Positions 17,672 to 27,986 of a DNA stretch of 57,660 nt are shown piece by piece (positions within the stretch are counted from its first letter, which is position 1; every line of letters begins with the position of its first letter). Source of the stretch: an uncultured Eggerthellaceae bacterium (GTDB lineage: Bacteria; Actinomycetota; Coriobacteriia; Coriobacteriales; Eggerthellaceae); the NCBI GenBank assembly GCA_934623455.1, contig CAKTVK010000001.1, positions 1 to 57,660 of the forward strand. The letters run 5' to 3'. The notes beneath the pieces were generated by a model that was not told the DNA's origin, did not search any database, and worked only from the letters and a program-made list of their open reading frames with translations. The position numbers were made by a program, and so were the translations under genes.

Positions 17672-20305
17672 ATGAAACTGGTGGTTACCGAAAAAAACGA
17701 TGCCGCGAAGCAAATCGCCACACTTTTAGGTGCTTCAAGCGCCAAGGCCGACAAGGTTTTTTCCACTCCCATTTTTCGTTTTACCGTAAAAGGGGAGGAC
17801 TGGGTTGCCATTGGTTTGCGCGGTCACATTCTTGAATCTGATTTCCCCGAATCGCTCGCTTACACAAAACGCCTTGGTTGGCATGGTATAACCGCAGATG
17901 GAGAGCCTATTAAGGCGAAACTCCCAGCAAGCTTGCCTAAACCGCCCTTCAAAAAGAAGCGTCCGTTTTTCGAAGACGGCTTGGATTTGAAGCGCTGGAA
18001 CATGGATGCGCTGCCGTATTTGGTGTACGCGCCCATCGAAATGCTTCCCAAGGAAAAAGAAATCATCCGTTCGCTGAAGAACTTGGCGAAGAAAGCGGAT
18101 TCCGTTGTTATTGCGACCGACTTCGACCGCGAAGGCGAGCTTATCGGCTCCGATGCGCTGGGCTGCATCCTGGAAGTGAATCCGAATGCGCCCATTTCCC
18201 GTGCGCGCTATTCTGCGTTCACGAAGCAGGAGATCACGCACGCTTTCGACAACTTGGTGAGCATGAATGATGAGCTGGTTGCCGCTGGTGCATCGCGTCG
18301 CGACATCGACTTTGTGTGGGGCACGGTGCTCACGCGCTATCTGTCGTTGGTGAAGTTCGCCGGTTATGGCAAGTCGCGCTCGTCGGGTCGCGTGCAAACG
18401 CCCACGTTGGCGCTTATTGTGGCACGTGAACGCGAGCGTTTGGCGTTCATCCCCGAGGATTATTGGGTGATTAAGGGTCGTTTTGGCGAAGAGTCGGCCG
18501 CATTCACCGCCGGTCACGAAACAGCACGCTTCAAGTCCGCCGAAGAGGCAAAACGCGTTATGGACACCGTGGCAGATGCCACGCAGGCAAGCGTTGTCTC
18601 GGTGGAAAAAAAGCAACGCAAAGTGGCGCCGCCCGTGCCGTTCAACACTACAAGTCTTATGGCCGCTGCCGCTGCAGAAGGCATTTCCCCTGCTCGCACC
18701 ATGCGTATTGCAGAAAGTCTGTACATGGCAGGCTACATCAGCTACCCCCGTGTTGACAATACGGTGTATCCTTCGTCCCTCGATCTGCGCGAAGTGGTTT
18801 CCGCGATTTCTGCGAACCCCGCATATGCGCCGTTCTGCAAAAAGCTACTGGCTCAGTCGAAAATCACGGCTACGCGCGGCAAGAAGGAAACAACCGACCA
18901 TCCGCCCATTTATCCTACCGCCGCCGCAACGCCCGACAGCTTGGCCGCTGCCGACTACAAGGTGTACAACTTGATTGCGCGCCGTTTCCTGGCAACGCTT
19001 TCGGAAGCCGCCGTGGTGGAGGGCACGAAAGTGACGCTTTCGGTGGAGGGCGAGCCGTTCGTTGCCAAGGGTGACGTGATTGTTTCACCTGGGTATCGCG
19101 AGATTTATCCGTATGGCATGAAGAAAGATGAGCAGCTGCCCACGCTTTCCGCAGATCAGGTTGTCGCATTCGGCGGTGCGGAATGCACGCAGAAGCAAAC
19201 GGAGCCGCCCGCGCGCTACAGCCAGGGCAAGCTCATTCAGGAAATGGAAAAGCTCAACTTGGGCACGAAGTCCACGCGCCACTCCATTATTGAGCGCCTT
19301 TACACGGTGAAATACATCCAGAACGATCCGATTGAGCCATCCCAGCTGGGCATGGCGGTTTGCGATGCGCTGGAGCAGTTTGCGCCGCACATCACGCACC
19401 CTGAAATGACAGCCGATCTTGAAGCAAGCATGGATGACATTGTTGCTGGTCAGAAGACGAAAGACGCCGTGGTGGCAACTTCGCGCGACCTTCTTGCCGA
19501 ACAGCTCAAAGAATTGCTGGCTCACAAGGAAGAAGTTAAAGACGCGCTGGAAGATGCCGTTGCCGCCGACGCGTACGTTGGCCCTTGTCCGAAATGCGGC
19601 AAGGACTTGCAAATGCGGACGTCCGCAAAGAGCAAGAGCATGTTCATCGGTTGCGCCGGCTGGCCCGAGTGCGACGTAACGTATCCGCTGCCGCAAGGCA
19701 AAATCGAGGCGCTGGACACCGTGTGTCCCGAGTGTGGCATGCCGCAAATCAAGGTGACGGCGTTTCGTTCGAAGCCGCGCGTTGTGTGCATTGACCCGCT
19801 GTGCGAAACGAATAAAGATCCCGAAGTCGAAGTAGGCATGTGTCCCATGTGCGCCGCTGCCGGTAAGGAAGGAAAACTGACGGCGCGCAGGAACCCGCGC
19901 ACGCTGAAACGCTCAATCACCTGCGAAAACTTCGACGAATGTCAAACGCGTTATCCGCTTCCGGCAAACGGTGCCATTACCGCAACCGAAGAAGTGTGCC
20001 CCTCGTGCGGCGCGCCGTTCGTGATTGTGACCACGGCACGCGGTCCTTGGAAGATTTGCCCCAACTACGATTGCCCCGATAACGTGGAGCAACGCGAGAA
20101 AAAGGCGGAAAAGTCTGCTGCGAAGGGTGCCGCGAAGGCGGGTGCTAAGGCGGGTGCGAAGACTGCGTCAACCGCGAAGGCAACGAAGAAGGCGGCAACT
20201 AAGACTACGGCTAAAAAGACCGCCGCAAAGAAGACAACTGCGAAAAAGACCACGTCGAAGGCTGCTGCGACGGCAGACACCGTGGATGCAACTGAAGAGA
20301 ACTAG
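17672..20305 (+). CDS. topA: DNA topoisomerase I (type IA) with four C-terminal zinc ribbons and a Lys/Ala-rich tail
   Basis: Toprim start MKLVVTEKNDAAKQIA.. and DFDREGE. Zinc-ribbon motifs are CPKCG, CPECG, CPMC and CPSCG. The tail is AKGAAKAGAKAGAK..KKTAAKKTTAKKTT. ATG 17672 follows AAAGGAG. Confidence 0.9.
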   Translation: MKLVVTEKNDAAKQIATLLGASSAKADKVFSTPIFRFTVKGEDWVAIGLRGHILESDFPESLAYTKRLGWHGITADGEPIKAKLPASLPKPPFKKKRPFFEDGLDLKRWNMDALPYLVYAPIEMLPKEKEIIRSLKNLAKKADSVVIATDFDREGELIGSDALGCILEVNPNAPISRARYSAFTKQEITHAFDNLVSMNDELVAAGASRRDIDFVWGTVLTRYLSLVKFAGYGKSRSSGRVQTPTLALIVARERERLAFIPEDYWVIKGRFGEESAAFTAGHETARFKSAEEAKRVMDTVADATQASVVSVEKKQRKVAPPVPFNTTSLMAAAAAEGISPARTMRIAESLYMAGYISYPRVDNTVYPSSLDLREVVSAISANPAYAPFCKKLLAQSKITATRGKKETTDHPPIYPTAAATPDSLAAADYKVYNLIARRFLATLSEAAVVEGTKVTLSVEGEPFVAKGDVIVSPGYREIYPYGMKKDEQLPTLSADQVVAFGGAECTQKQTEPPARYSQGKLIQEMEKLNLGTKSTRHSIIERLYTVKYIQNDPIEPSQLGMAVCDALEQFAPHITHPEMTADLEASMDDIVAGQKTKDAVVATSRDLLAEQLKELLAHKEEVKDALEDAVAADAYVGPCPKCGKDLQMRTSAKSKSMFIGCAGWPECDVTYPLPQGKIEALDTVCPECGMPQIKVTAFRSKPRVVCIDPLCETNKDPEVEVGMCPMCAAAGKEGKLTARRNPRTLKRSITCENFDECQTRYPLPANGAITATEEVCPSCGAPFVIVTTARGPWKICPNYDCPDNVEQREKKAEKSAAKGAAKAGAKAGAKTASTAKATKKAATKTTAKKTAAKKTTAKKTTSKAAATADTVDATEEN

Positions 20306-20324
20306 CAAGGGGAGCAAGAATAAC

Positions 20325-21254
20325 ATGAAAGTCGTCACCCCTGAATCTATCGAACGCGCGCTGGAAGAGAATATCCCGCAGCTTGCGTACGTTCTGCCAA
20401 CGGATGTAGCGCAAGCGCTTGAGCAGGCACGACAGCATGAGACAAACCGTTATGCCGCCCAGGCGCTTGACTTGCTGCTTGAAAACGCACATGTTGCCGC
20501 AACCGACAGCGTGCCGCTGTGCCAGGACACGGGAACCACGTGGGTCTGCCTTGAGGTGGGGCCCGACATTGTGGTGCCGGGAAACGTGTTCTCGCAAGTC
20601 AACGAAGGTGTGGCGCATGCGTACGTTGACGGCAAGCTTCGTAAGTCCGTGGTAAAAGATGCGCTGTTCAACAGGGAAAACACGCAGAACAACACGCCTG
20701 CTTTCACGGATATTCACTTTGTGGATGAGCCGGGCGTATGCCGTTTGCATATCATGCTCAAAGGCGGCGGTTCCGATAACGCAAGCCGCGTGGTTATGCT
20801 TGCTCCAGGTGCGGGGCGCAAAGGTATTGTGGATGAAGTTATCAAGTGCGTGCGCGAAAAGGCTGCGAATGCCTGTCCGCCGCTTGTGGTAGGCGTGGGT
20901 GTTGGCGGTACGTTCGACAAGGTTGCCGGCTTGGCGAAGCAGGCGCTCATGCGCCCCGTTGGCGCGCCTGCAGCCGATGCCGACCATGCCGCATTCGAAC
21001 AAGAGCTGCTTGACGCCATCAACGCTACGGGTGTGGGCGCTGCTGGCTTTGGCGGTGACACCACGGCGCTTACGGTGCGCGTGGAAACGGCGCCATGTCA
21101 CATTGCCGCCCTTCCTGTTGCCATCAACTTGGGATGCTCGGCCATGCGCCGTTGCACCATTGAGCTGCAGCCGCAAGAGATTGATACGTTGCAGCAGCTT
21201 GAGGCTTTGATGATGCCCGCCAGCGAAAACGAACAGGGGGCTTGCCATGAGTAA
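20325..21254 (+). CDS. Fe-S hydro-lyase alpha subunit (class I fumarate hydratase / tartrate dehydratase family)
   Basis: VPLCQDTGT motif. ATG 20325 follows AAGGGGAG. The ORF-track start at 20127 is read-through in the topA tail. Confidence 0.85.
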   Translation: MKVVTPESIERALEENIPQLAYVLPTDVAQALEQARQHETNRYAAQALDLLLENAHVAATDSVPLCQDTGTTWVCLEVGPDIVVPGNVFSQVNEGVAHAYVDGKLRKSVVKDALFNRENTQNNTPAFTDIHFVDEPGVCRLHIMLKGGGSDNASRVVMLAPGAGRKGIVDEVIKCVREKAANACPPLVVGVGVGGTFDKVAGLAKQALMRPVGAPAADADHAAFEQELLDAINATGVGAAGFGGDTTALTVRVETAPCHIAALPVAINLGCSAMRRCTIELQPQEIDTLQQLEALMMPASENEQGACHE

Positions 21255-21783
21255 TGCAGAGGCAATTTCGTTGCAGCTTCCCCTTGCAAAAGACCAGCTT
21301 GCCAACTTGAAGGTGGGAGATAAATGCCTGTTATCAGGCGTTATGTATACTTTGCGCGATGCAGGTCACGTGCGTTTGCTCGATGAACTCCATGAGCAGG
21401 GGCGGCTTCCGTATGACCTGGATGGCCAAACCATCTTCTATGCGGGGCCGTCTCCTGCGGCAGCGGGCAGGCCGTTTGGCGCCATTGGGCCCACCACGTC
21501 TTCGCGCATGGATTTTGCCGCACCCGAGTTGTACCGCGCGGGCATTGTTGCCACGGTGGGCAAGGGGCACCGCAGCGCGGCCGTTGCAGAGGCTATCAAG
21601 GAAACGGGCGGCGTGTATTTTGCTGCCGTGGGCGGCGCTGCTGCCGCGTTGGCGAAATGCATTGTTTCCGAAGAAGTGATCAGCTACGCCGATCTGGGCA
21701 CCGAAGCATTGCGAAAAATCCAGGTCAAAGACTTCCCGGTGTTCGTGGCGCTTGACGCAACGGGAGCATGCTTGTATGTGTAA
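21247..21783 (+). CDS. Fe-S hydro-lyase beta subunit (class I fumarate hydratase / tartrate dehydratase family)
   Basis: ..IFYAGPSPAAAGRPFGAIGPTTSSRMD.. signature. It overlaps the alpha-subunit gene by 8 nt. Confidence 0.85.
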   Translation: MSNAEAISLQLPLAKDQLANLKVGDKCLLSGVMYTLRDAGHVRLLDELHEQGRLPYDLDGQTIFYAGPSPAAAGRPFGAIGPTTSSRMDFAAPELYRAGIVATVGKGHRSAAVAEAIKETGGVYFAAVGGAAAALAKCIVSEEVISYADLGTEALRKIQVKDFPVFVALDATGACLYV

Positions 21784-22507
21784 CGCAGAAATGGAACAAA
21801 ACAAAGATCGGGGCATTTTCATCACGTTTGAAGGTGGCGAAGGTGCTGGTAAATCGACCCATATCTCGTTTTTAGCGTATTGCTTGCGCGAGCTGGGATA
21901 CGAGGTTTTGTGCTTGCGTGAGCCGGGTGGAACGGATATCGGCGAAATGCTGCGCTCCATTGTGCTTGACCCGAAAAACGATTGCTTGGACGCGCATGCG
22001 GAGCTGTTCATCTACGAAGCGGCACGCGCCCAGATTGTCGCTCAGGTCATTGCGCCCGCTCTTGAGCGCGGCGCCATTGTGCTGTGCGACCGTTTCTACG
22101 ACTCCACGGTTGCGTATCAGGTTGCCGGCCGCGGCCTTTCTGCGCAGTTCGTTGACGCCGCGAATGCCTTCGCGTGCCAAGGCACCGTGCCGCAGCGCAC
22201 CATTCTTATGGTGAGCGCCACCACGGAAGAGGGCTTAACGCGTGCCACGAACGAAGGCGCCGATCGTATTGAACGCGCGGGTGTTGATTTTCATGCGCGT
22301 GTGAATGCAGCGTTTCTTGATATTGCGCGCAAGGAGCCTGAGCGCGTACGCGTGGTGCGATTCGCCGATAGTAAGGCGCAAACAGCGCAGCGTGTGTTTG
22401 ACCAGGTGAAAGACTTGATTCCTGCTCTTGAGCGCGCGGCTTCTGCCAACGAGCATTTCTTCGATCGCGTTGAAGATAAATCGCTCTACGAGGGGAGCGC
22501 CTTGTAG
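21776..22507 (+). CDS. tmk: dTMP (thymidylate) kinase
   Basis: GIFITFEGGEGAGKST P-loop. The start is ambiguous: ATG 21776 follows GGGAG, and ATG 21791 is the alternative. Confidence 0.88.
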   Translation: MCNAEMEQNKDRGIFITFEGGEGAGKSTHISFLAYCLRELGYEVLCLREPGGTDIGEMLRSIVLDPKNDCLDAHAELFIYEAARAQIVAQVIAPALERGAIVLCDRFYDSTVAYQVAGRGLSAQFVDAANAFACQGTVPQRTILMVSATTEEGLTRATNEGADRIERAGVDFHARVNAAFLDIARKEPERVRVVRFADSKAQTAQRVFDQVKDLIPALERAASANEHFFDRVEDKSLYEGSAL

Positions 22508-22509
22508 CC

Positions 22510-23640
22510 ATGCCCGCGATGCTTGAGCAAATCACCTTGCAGCCGCGCATCCGCGACCTGCTTATTTCTATGGTTGAAGCGAATCGCACAACGCATGCGT
22601 ACCTGTTTTCGGGCCCGAAAGGCGCGGGAAAACTGGACATGGCGTGCGCCTTCGCCCAAGCGCTTGTATGCGCAGACCAGGGGTGCGGCCGCTGCATTGA
22701 CTGCAAGAAAGCGCTTCTGCGCAATCATCCCGACATTCAGATAATCACGCCGAAAGGCGCTCAGGGCTACTTGATCGAGCAGATTCGCGAAGTGGTGACC
22801 AGTGCTACGCGCGCGCCCATTCAGGCCCAATGCAAGGTGTTCATTTTGGAAGACGTTGAGCAGCTGGGGACATCGGCCGCGAATGCCTTCCTGAAAACGC
22901 TTGAGGAGCCCAGCCCGCGTGTGACGCTTATTTTGCTTACGAGCCACCAAGATAGCGTGCTGCCCACCATTCTTTCCCGGTGCCAAGTGGTGTCGTTTCC
23001 TGCCATTCCTGAAGCGGATTTGATTGCGGAAGTCGTGCAGAAAACGCAATGCGCGCCTGATATCGCGCGTATCGCGGTGAACGTATGCGCTGGTTCACTT
23101 GAGCTCACGGAAGCATTTTGCACGTCCGAGGATTTGCAGCAGATGCGTCGTAACGTGCTGGATGCCCTGGAAGCGCTGCAGGAAAGCGATAATTGGGACA
23201 CCCTGAAGCTCTCTGGCGGACTAGCATCGGGTGGAGAAAGCCTGATAGAGGAGTTGCAGGCCCAACAAGAAGAAGAGCTTGCGGTTGCCGACGACTTTCT
23301 TTCCAAAGGTGCGCGCAAGCAGCTGGAAGACGCTCACAAGCGCGCCATTACGGCTAAGAAGCGCCAGCTGTTTCATTTGCGCTGCAGCATTATGGAATCG
23401 TGGTTGCGCGATATCTTGCTGCTGCGTACGGGTTGCGCAAGCATCATGGTGAACACCGATGCCGCTGAAGGGTTGCGTCAGACCGCAAAAGCAACGTCGG
23501 AAGCAGGCGTATTGTGCGCATGCGCAGCAGTTTCGCGCGCAAAAGCGGCAATGGATTATAATGTATCGTTACAACTTTGTTTAGACACGTTACTGTTAGA
23601 TATAAGAGAGGACCTCTATGGCCCGCATAACACCCGTTAA
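22510..23640 (+). CDS. holB: DNA polymerase III delta-prime subunit
   Basis: HAYLFSGPKGAGK.., zinc module CADQGCGRCIDCKK and SRCQ motif. It sits in the conserved tmk-holB position. Confidence 0.85.
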   Translation: MPAMLEQITLQPRIRDLLISMVEANRTTHAYLFSGPKGAGKLDMACAFAQALVCADQGCGRCIDCKKALLRNHPDIQIITPKGAQGYLIEQIREVVTSATRAPIQAQCKVFILEDVEQLGTSAANAFLKTLEEPSPRVTLILLTSHQDSVLPTILSRCQVVSFPAIPEADLIAEVVQKTQCAPDIARIAVNVCAGSLELTEAFCTSEDLQQMRRNVLDALEALQESDNWDTLKLSGGLASGGESLIEELQAQQEEELAVADDFLSKGARKQLEDAHKRAITAKKRQLFHLRCSIMESWLRDILLLRTGCASIMVNTDAAEGLRQTAKATSEAGVLCACAAVSRAKAAMDYNVSLQLCLDTLLLDIREDLYGPHNTR

Positions 23641-25552
23641 ACTGCCATCGAGTTCGAAAACTCTTTGGTTTGATGCAAATGGCGTTGATGCCGTTAAAGG
23701 CAACGCCGTAATCGTGCAAACTGCACGTGGATCCGAGTACGGCACTGTTTCGGAGCCGCCGTTTGACGCCACGCCCGAGCAGCTTTCTTCGTTGAAGTCG
23801 TCGCTTAAGCCCGTGGTGCGCTTGGCAACAGAGAAAGACGCGCAACGCTTGGCTGAGCTGCAGCAACGCGCGCGTGACATTATGCCGGCGTATCGCGAGC
23901 TTGTAGAGGAAGAGGGGCTGGACATGCGCCCCGTTTCCGTTGAGTTCCTGTTCGACGGCGATAAAGCCGTGTTCTACTTCGAGTCCGAAGATCGCGTTGA
24001 CTTCCGCGAGCTGGTGCGCAAGCTGGCTTCGCGCTTCAAAGTACGCGTTGACATGCGCCAGATTGGCCCGCGTGACGAAGCGCGCATGGTGGGCGGCATT
24101 GGCCACTGCGGCCAAGAGCTGTGCTGCAAGCGCTTGGGCGGCGAGTTCTGCCCCGTTTCCATTCGCATGGCAAAAGAGCAGGATTTGTCGTTGAATCCGC
24201 AGAAGATTTCGGGCATTTGCGGGCGCCTGATGTGCTGCCTGCGCTACGAATACGATGCGTATAAGGATTTCAAGGGTCGCGCGCCGAAGGTGGGTGCCAA
24301 GATTGAAACCCCCGATGGCGTGGGTAAAGTCATTTCGCTGGATGTTCCCAAAGAGATGGTGACTATTCAGGTTGAAGCCGACAAGAAGATAAGCGTTCCC
24401 TTGAGCGACATGTCGAAATCTGCTCAAGACGCAGCGCGTCCCGACACCGTTGATGCGGAAGCGTGGGAGCGCGCATCGAACAAGGAAGAGATGACCGTTT
24501 TCGGCGAGACATCGTTTGTGACCTCGCAGTTTACCAGCGCCGATAAGCTGGGCGAGGCAAAGGCTATCCATCGCGAAACGTCAAGCAGCAAGAAAGAGAA
24601 GCGCGAGCGCCGCGGCAAGGACGCGTCTTCGGGTCGTTCGGGTCGCCGCGATCGTGACGAGCGCGAACGCGGCAAAGATGCCGCCGAGCAGGCAGTACCT
24701 GTACGCAAGCCGCGCCGCCGTTCTACGAAACTTTCGGGCGGCGATTCGTCCGAGCTTACGGTCGAAACAACGCAAATCAAGTCCTCGGCAGGTAAAAGCG
24801 CACAGGGCTCTGGAGCGAAAAACGCTGCAAGCAGGGAAGACACGCAGAGCTCGCGTGGGCGCACGCGCTCACGGCGCAATAAAGGCCAGGCGTCTGCGAC
24901 TGTTCAGGACGGCCACCAGGCTTCTTCGCGCGCAAAGGGCGTTGATACTGCAAGCGCCCATGCAGGCGCTAAAGCTTCTGCTCCCGCGAAAGAACAGTCC
25001 CGACGCGCCATAGCTGGCGGCTCTAAGGCGAATGCGGAAGCGGGATCTTCCGAGCACCGTCGTCGCCGCCGTTCGGGAAAGTCCGCGGCAGGTGAGCGCC
25101 CCGCAAATGGCGCGCGCACCGAGCGCAACCAGCAAGGCGCGCCCCAAGGACACGGACGCTCTGAGCAGCGCGAAGGCCAGGACAACCAGGCAATGCGCCC
25201 TGGTAGGCGCTCGTCGAGCCTGCGCCAGCACGCGGACGCCGCGCCAACTGAAAGCGCGCGCGAACATCGCGGCAACGCCGCTCGGGGCAGCCGCAATGGC
25301 GGCTCCGCGCATGCGAATGCGGATGCGGGCGCTTCTGCAAATGCACCCGCGAATGGGGAAGAGCGCCGCTCAAACCATAGGCGTCCGCGCCGCCGCAAGA
25401 GCTCGGGAAGCGGTTCGCCGGCGAGCGCATCTGGCGTCGGGGCGGGTAACGCCGGTCCGGGCAACGCTGGCTCAAACGGAGGAAAGAGCGACCGCGGCAA
25501 GGGCGGCAACAATGGTAATAGCGGCAACAATAAAGGTGGCGCTCAACAGTAG
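23618..25552 (+). CDS. PSP1-domain protein (YaaT/RicT-like) with a C-terminal Arg/Ser/Gly-rich extension of about 330 aa
   Basis: N-terminal half ..VIVQTARGSEYGTVSE.. and the Cys-rich region GHCGQELCCKRL..CGRLMCCLRYE are typical of PSP1. It sits in the conserved position after holB. Confidence 0.8.
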   Translation: MARITPVKLPSSSKTLWFDANGVDAVKGNAVIVQTARGSEYGTVSEPPFDATPEQLSSLKSSLKPVVRLATEKDAQRLAELQQRARDIMPAYRELVEEEGLDMRPVSVEFLFDGDKAVFYFESEDRVDFRELVRKLASRFKVRVDMRQIGPRDEARMVGGIGHCGQELCCKRLGGEFCPVSIRMAKEQDLSLNPQKISGICGRLMCCLRYEYDAYKDFKGRAPKVGAKIETPDGVGKVISLDVPKEMVTIQVEADKKISVPLSDMSKSAQDAARPDTVDAEAWERASNKEEMTVFGETSFVTSQFTSADKLGEAKAIHRETSSSKKEKRERRGKDASSGRSGRRDRDERERGKDAAEQAVPVRKPRRRSTKLSGGDSSELTVETTQIKSSAGKSAQGSGAKNAASREDTQSSRGRTRSRRNKGQASATVQDGHQASSRAKGVDTASAHAGAKASAPAKEQSRRAIAGGSKANAEAGSSEHRRRRRSGKSAAGERPANGARTERNQQGAPQGHGRSEQREGQDNQAMRPGRRSSSLRQHADAAPTESAREHRGNAARGSRNGGSAHANADAGASANAPANGEERRSNHRRPRRRKSSGSGSPASASGVGAGNAGPGNAGSNGGKSDRGKGGNNGNSGNNKGGAQQ

Positions 25553-25589
25553 CAGCGCACATCCGATTCCGATAAGAGGCGTGTGACTT

Positions 25590-27047
25590 ATGAAATTGAA
25601 TGATCCTTTGCTCACAGACCTGTACCAACTCACTATGGCGCAAGGCTATTGGGAGTGCGGCAAGGCAGATACGCAGGCGTGTTTCCACATGTTTTTCCGC
25701 GATTATCCCTTCAATGGCGGCTACGCAGTGGCATGCGGCATGGCACAGCTGGCTGACCTGGTGGATGGCTTTGCGTTCTCTGAAGACGACTTGGAGTACC
25801 TGGCTTCCATTCCTGCGCCCGGCGGCGGCATGTTGTTCAAGCCTGCGTTCATCGATTACCTGCGCGACTTCAAGTTAAGCGTTGATATCGAAGCCGTTGC
25901 CGAAGGCGAGATTGTGTTCCCGTATGAACCTCTGGTGCGCGTAACGGGCCCTATTATGGAATGCCAGCTTCTGGAAACCGCGCTTCTGAACTGCGTAAAC
26001 TTCGAAACGCTTATTGCCACGAAAGCCGCGCGCGTTTGCATGGCGGCCGAAGCCCCCGTGGCGGAGTTCGGCTTGCGTCGCGCACAAGGCGCCGCAGGCG
26101 GCGTGTGGGCTTCCCGCGCTGCGGTGGTAGGAGGATGCGCTTCTACCTCGAATGTGTTGGCAGGCAAGCTGTTCGATCTTCCCGTTTCGGGCACGCATGC
26201 TCATTCCTGGGTCATGTCGTTCCCCGATGAGCTGAGCGCGTTCCGTGCATACGCGAAAGCGTTCCCTACGAATTGCGTGTTGCTTGTTGACACGTACGAT
26301 GTGGCACAGGGCATCAAAAACGCTATTACCGTTGGCCTTGAAATGCGCGAACGCGGCGAAAAGCTTACGGGCATCCGCATTGACTCGGGCGACCTTTCGT
26401 GGCTGGCAAAAATGGCACGCACGATGCTTGACGAAGCGGGCTTGACCGATTGCGGCATTGTTCTTTCCAATGACCTGGACGAATACACAATTCGCTCCAT
26501 TCGTGACGAAGGCGCGCAGGTTATGTCGTGGGGTGTGGGCACAAAACTTGCCACGGCGTATGACCAGCCTTCCCTGGGCGGCGTGTACAAACTTTCTGCC
26601 ACGCGTGAAAACGGTGATTCGGTATGGATTGATCATGTGAAAATCAGCGAATCGTCTGCAAAGTTGACCACGCCGGGCGTTTTGAACGTGCGCCGCTACT
26701 ATTTTGAGGACGGTCACATCGCTGGCGATATGGTGTTCGATACGAACGCTGCCGTGAATGAAGGCGAAGTTATCGTTGATCCCATGGATGGTCTGCGTCG
26801 CAAGGATCTTTCCGGAAAAACGTGGCGCGAGCTGCTTATTCCGTTGGCGCGCGCGGGAAAAACCGTGCTTTCCGACGAACTCCGCAGCGCCAAGGCGGCG
26901 CAAGCGCGTACGAAGCAAGGGCTGGCAACGCTTGATGAAAGCCAGAAGCGCACGTTGAACCCGCATACGTATCCCGTGGGACTTGACAAGGATTTGTTTG
27001 ACCGCCGCCGCGACTTGGTTGCGCAGCTGCGCGGCATTTCCCGCTAA
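25590..27047 (+). CDS. pncB: nicotinate phosphoribosyltransferase
   Basis: LLTDLYQLTMAQGYW.. and ..GTHAHSWVMSF.. signatures. Confidence 0.9.
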   Translation: MKLNDPLLTDLYQLTMAQGYWECGKADTQACFHMFFRDYPFNGGYAVACGMAQLADLVDGFAFSEDDLEYLASIPAPGGGMLFKPAFIDYLRDFKLSVDIEAVAEGEIVFPYEPLVRVTGPIMECQLLETALLNCVNFETLIATKAARVCMAAEAPVAEFGLRRAQGAAGGVWASRAAVVGGCASTSNVLAGKLFDLPVSGTHAHSWVMSFPDELSAFRAYAKAFPTNCVLLVDTYDVAQGIKNAITVGLEMRERGEKLTGIRIDSGDLSWLAKMARTMLDEAGLTDCGIVLSNDLDEYTIRSIRDEGAQVMSWGVGTKLATAYDQPSLGGVYKLSATRENGDSVWIDHVKISESSAKLTTPGVLNVRRYYFEDGHIAGDMVFDTNAAVNEGEVIVDPMDGLRRKDLSGKTWRELLIPLARAGKTVLSDELRSAKAAQARTKQGLATLDESQKRTLNPHTYPVGLDKDLFDRRRDLVAQLRGISR

Positions 27048-27059
27048 AAGGAGGATCTT

Positions 27060-27986
27060 ATGGCTGCAAAGTGCAATTTGATCATCGACTCATGCTGCGA
27101 TCTTCCCCCGCAGTTTGTCGAAACCGAAGGCGTTAAGCTTTTGAATTTCCCGTACCTGATGAACGGCTCGGAATGCTTTGACGATCTGTTCAAAACGGGT
27201 TCGGCGCATAGCTTCTACGAGCAAATGCGTCAAGGCGTTATGCCTTCTACGGCGCAGATTCCCTATCTGACAATTCGGGATGCGTGGCGCGAAGCCGCGC
27301 AAAGCGGCATCCCCACCGTTTACTTGAGCTTTTCGAGCAAGCTTTCGGGTACGTACAACACGGCTCTAACGCTTCTGGAAGAAACGAAGGAAGAGTTCCC
27401 TGATGCAGAGTTGTACCTGGTAGATACCGCATTGGCATCGGTTGCCGAGGGCTTTTTGATTCACGAGGCGTTTCGTCAGCGCAATTTGGGCCTTTCTGCG
27501 GAAGAGTTGGCGAAATGGGCCGATGAGGCAAAATACTACGTGCGCTGCATCTTTATGGTAGACGACCTGGAAGCACTGCGACGTGGTGGACGCATTCCCG
27601 CGGCAGTGGCAAATCTGGGCGCAAAGCTTGATGTGAAAGTGCTCTTGAGCTTTGACTTGGACGGCTCCCTTGCGCTTACGAGCGTTGCGCGCGGCCGCAA
27701 GAAGGGCATGAAAGCCATGGTGGAGGCGTTCGCGAAAGACGCCGATACGTCTGAAAGCGTGATTACGCTGCTTGCCGGCCACGCCGATTGTCCGAAGGAT
27801 TTCGAAAAGCTGTGCGACATGGTGCGAAAAACGAAGCTTGAGACGAATATCATTGAATGCAACATTGGCCCGGTAATCGGCAGCCACGTTGGTCCCGATA
27901 TGATGGCACTTGTTTTTTGGGGCGATGATCGCCGCAGCGGTATGAAGCTTGCCGATCGCATTGCAAAGAAAGTGAAAAATAACTAA
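27060..27986 (+). CDS. DegV-family fatty-acid-binding protein
   Basis: IIDSCCDLP start motif; length and overall pattern fit DegV; AAAGGAGG RBS. Confidence 0.85.
   Translation: MAAKCNLIIDSCCDLPPQFVETEGVKLLNFPYLMNGSECFDDLFKTGSAHSFYEQMRQGVMPSTAQIPYLTIRDAWREAAQSGIPTVYLSFSSKLSGTYNTALTLLEETKEEFPDAELYLVDTALASVAEGFLIHEAFRQRNLGLSAEELAKWADEAKYYVRCIFMVDDLEALRRGGRIPAAVANLGAKLDVKVLLSFDLDGSLALTSVARGRKKGMKAMVEAFAKDADTSESVITLLAGHADCPKDFEKLCDMVRKTKLETNIIECNIGPVIGSHVGPDMMALVFWGDDRRSGMKLADRIAKKVKNN

Noticed and set aside
24424-25688. Multiple ORFs of 120-220 aa on both strands over the PSP1 tail region.
   Set aside because: They are artefacts of the GC-rich, repetitive codon composition of the Arg/Ser/Gly tail. 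Only the frame continuous with the PSP1 domain has a start, an RBS and a conserved N-terminal domain.
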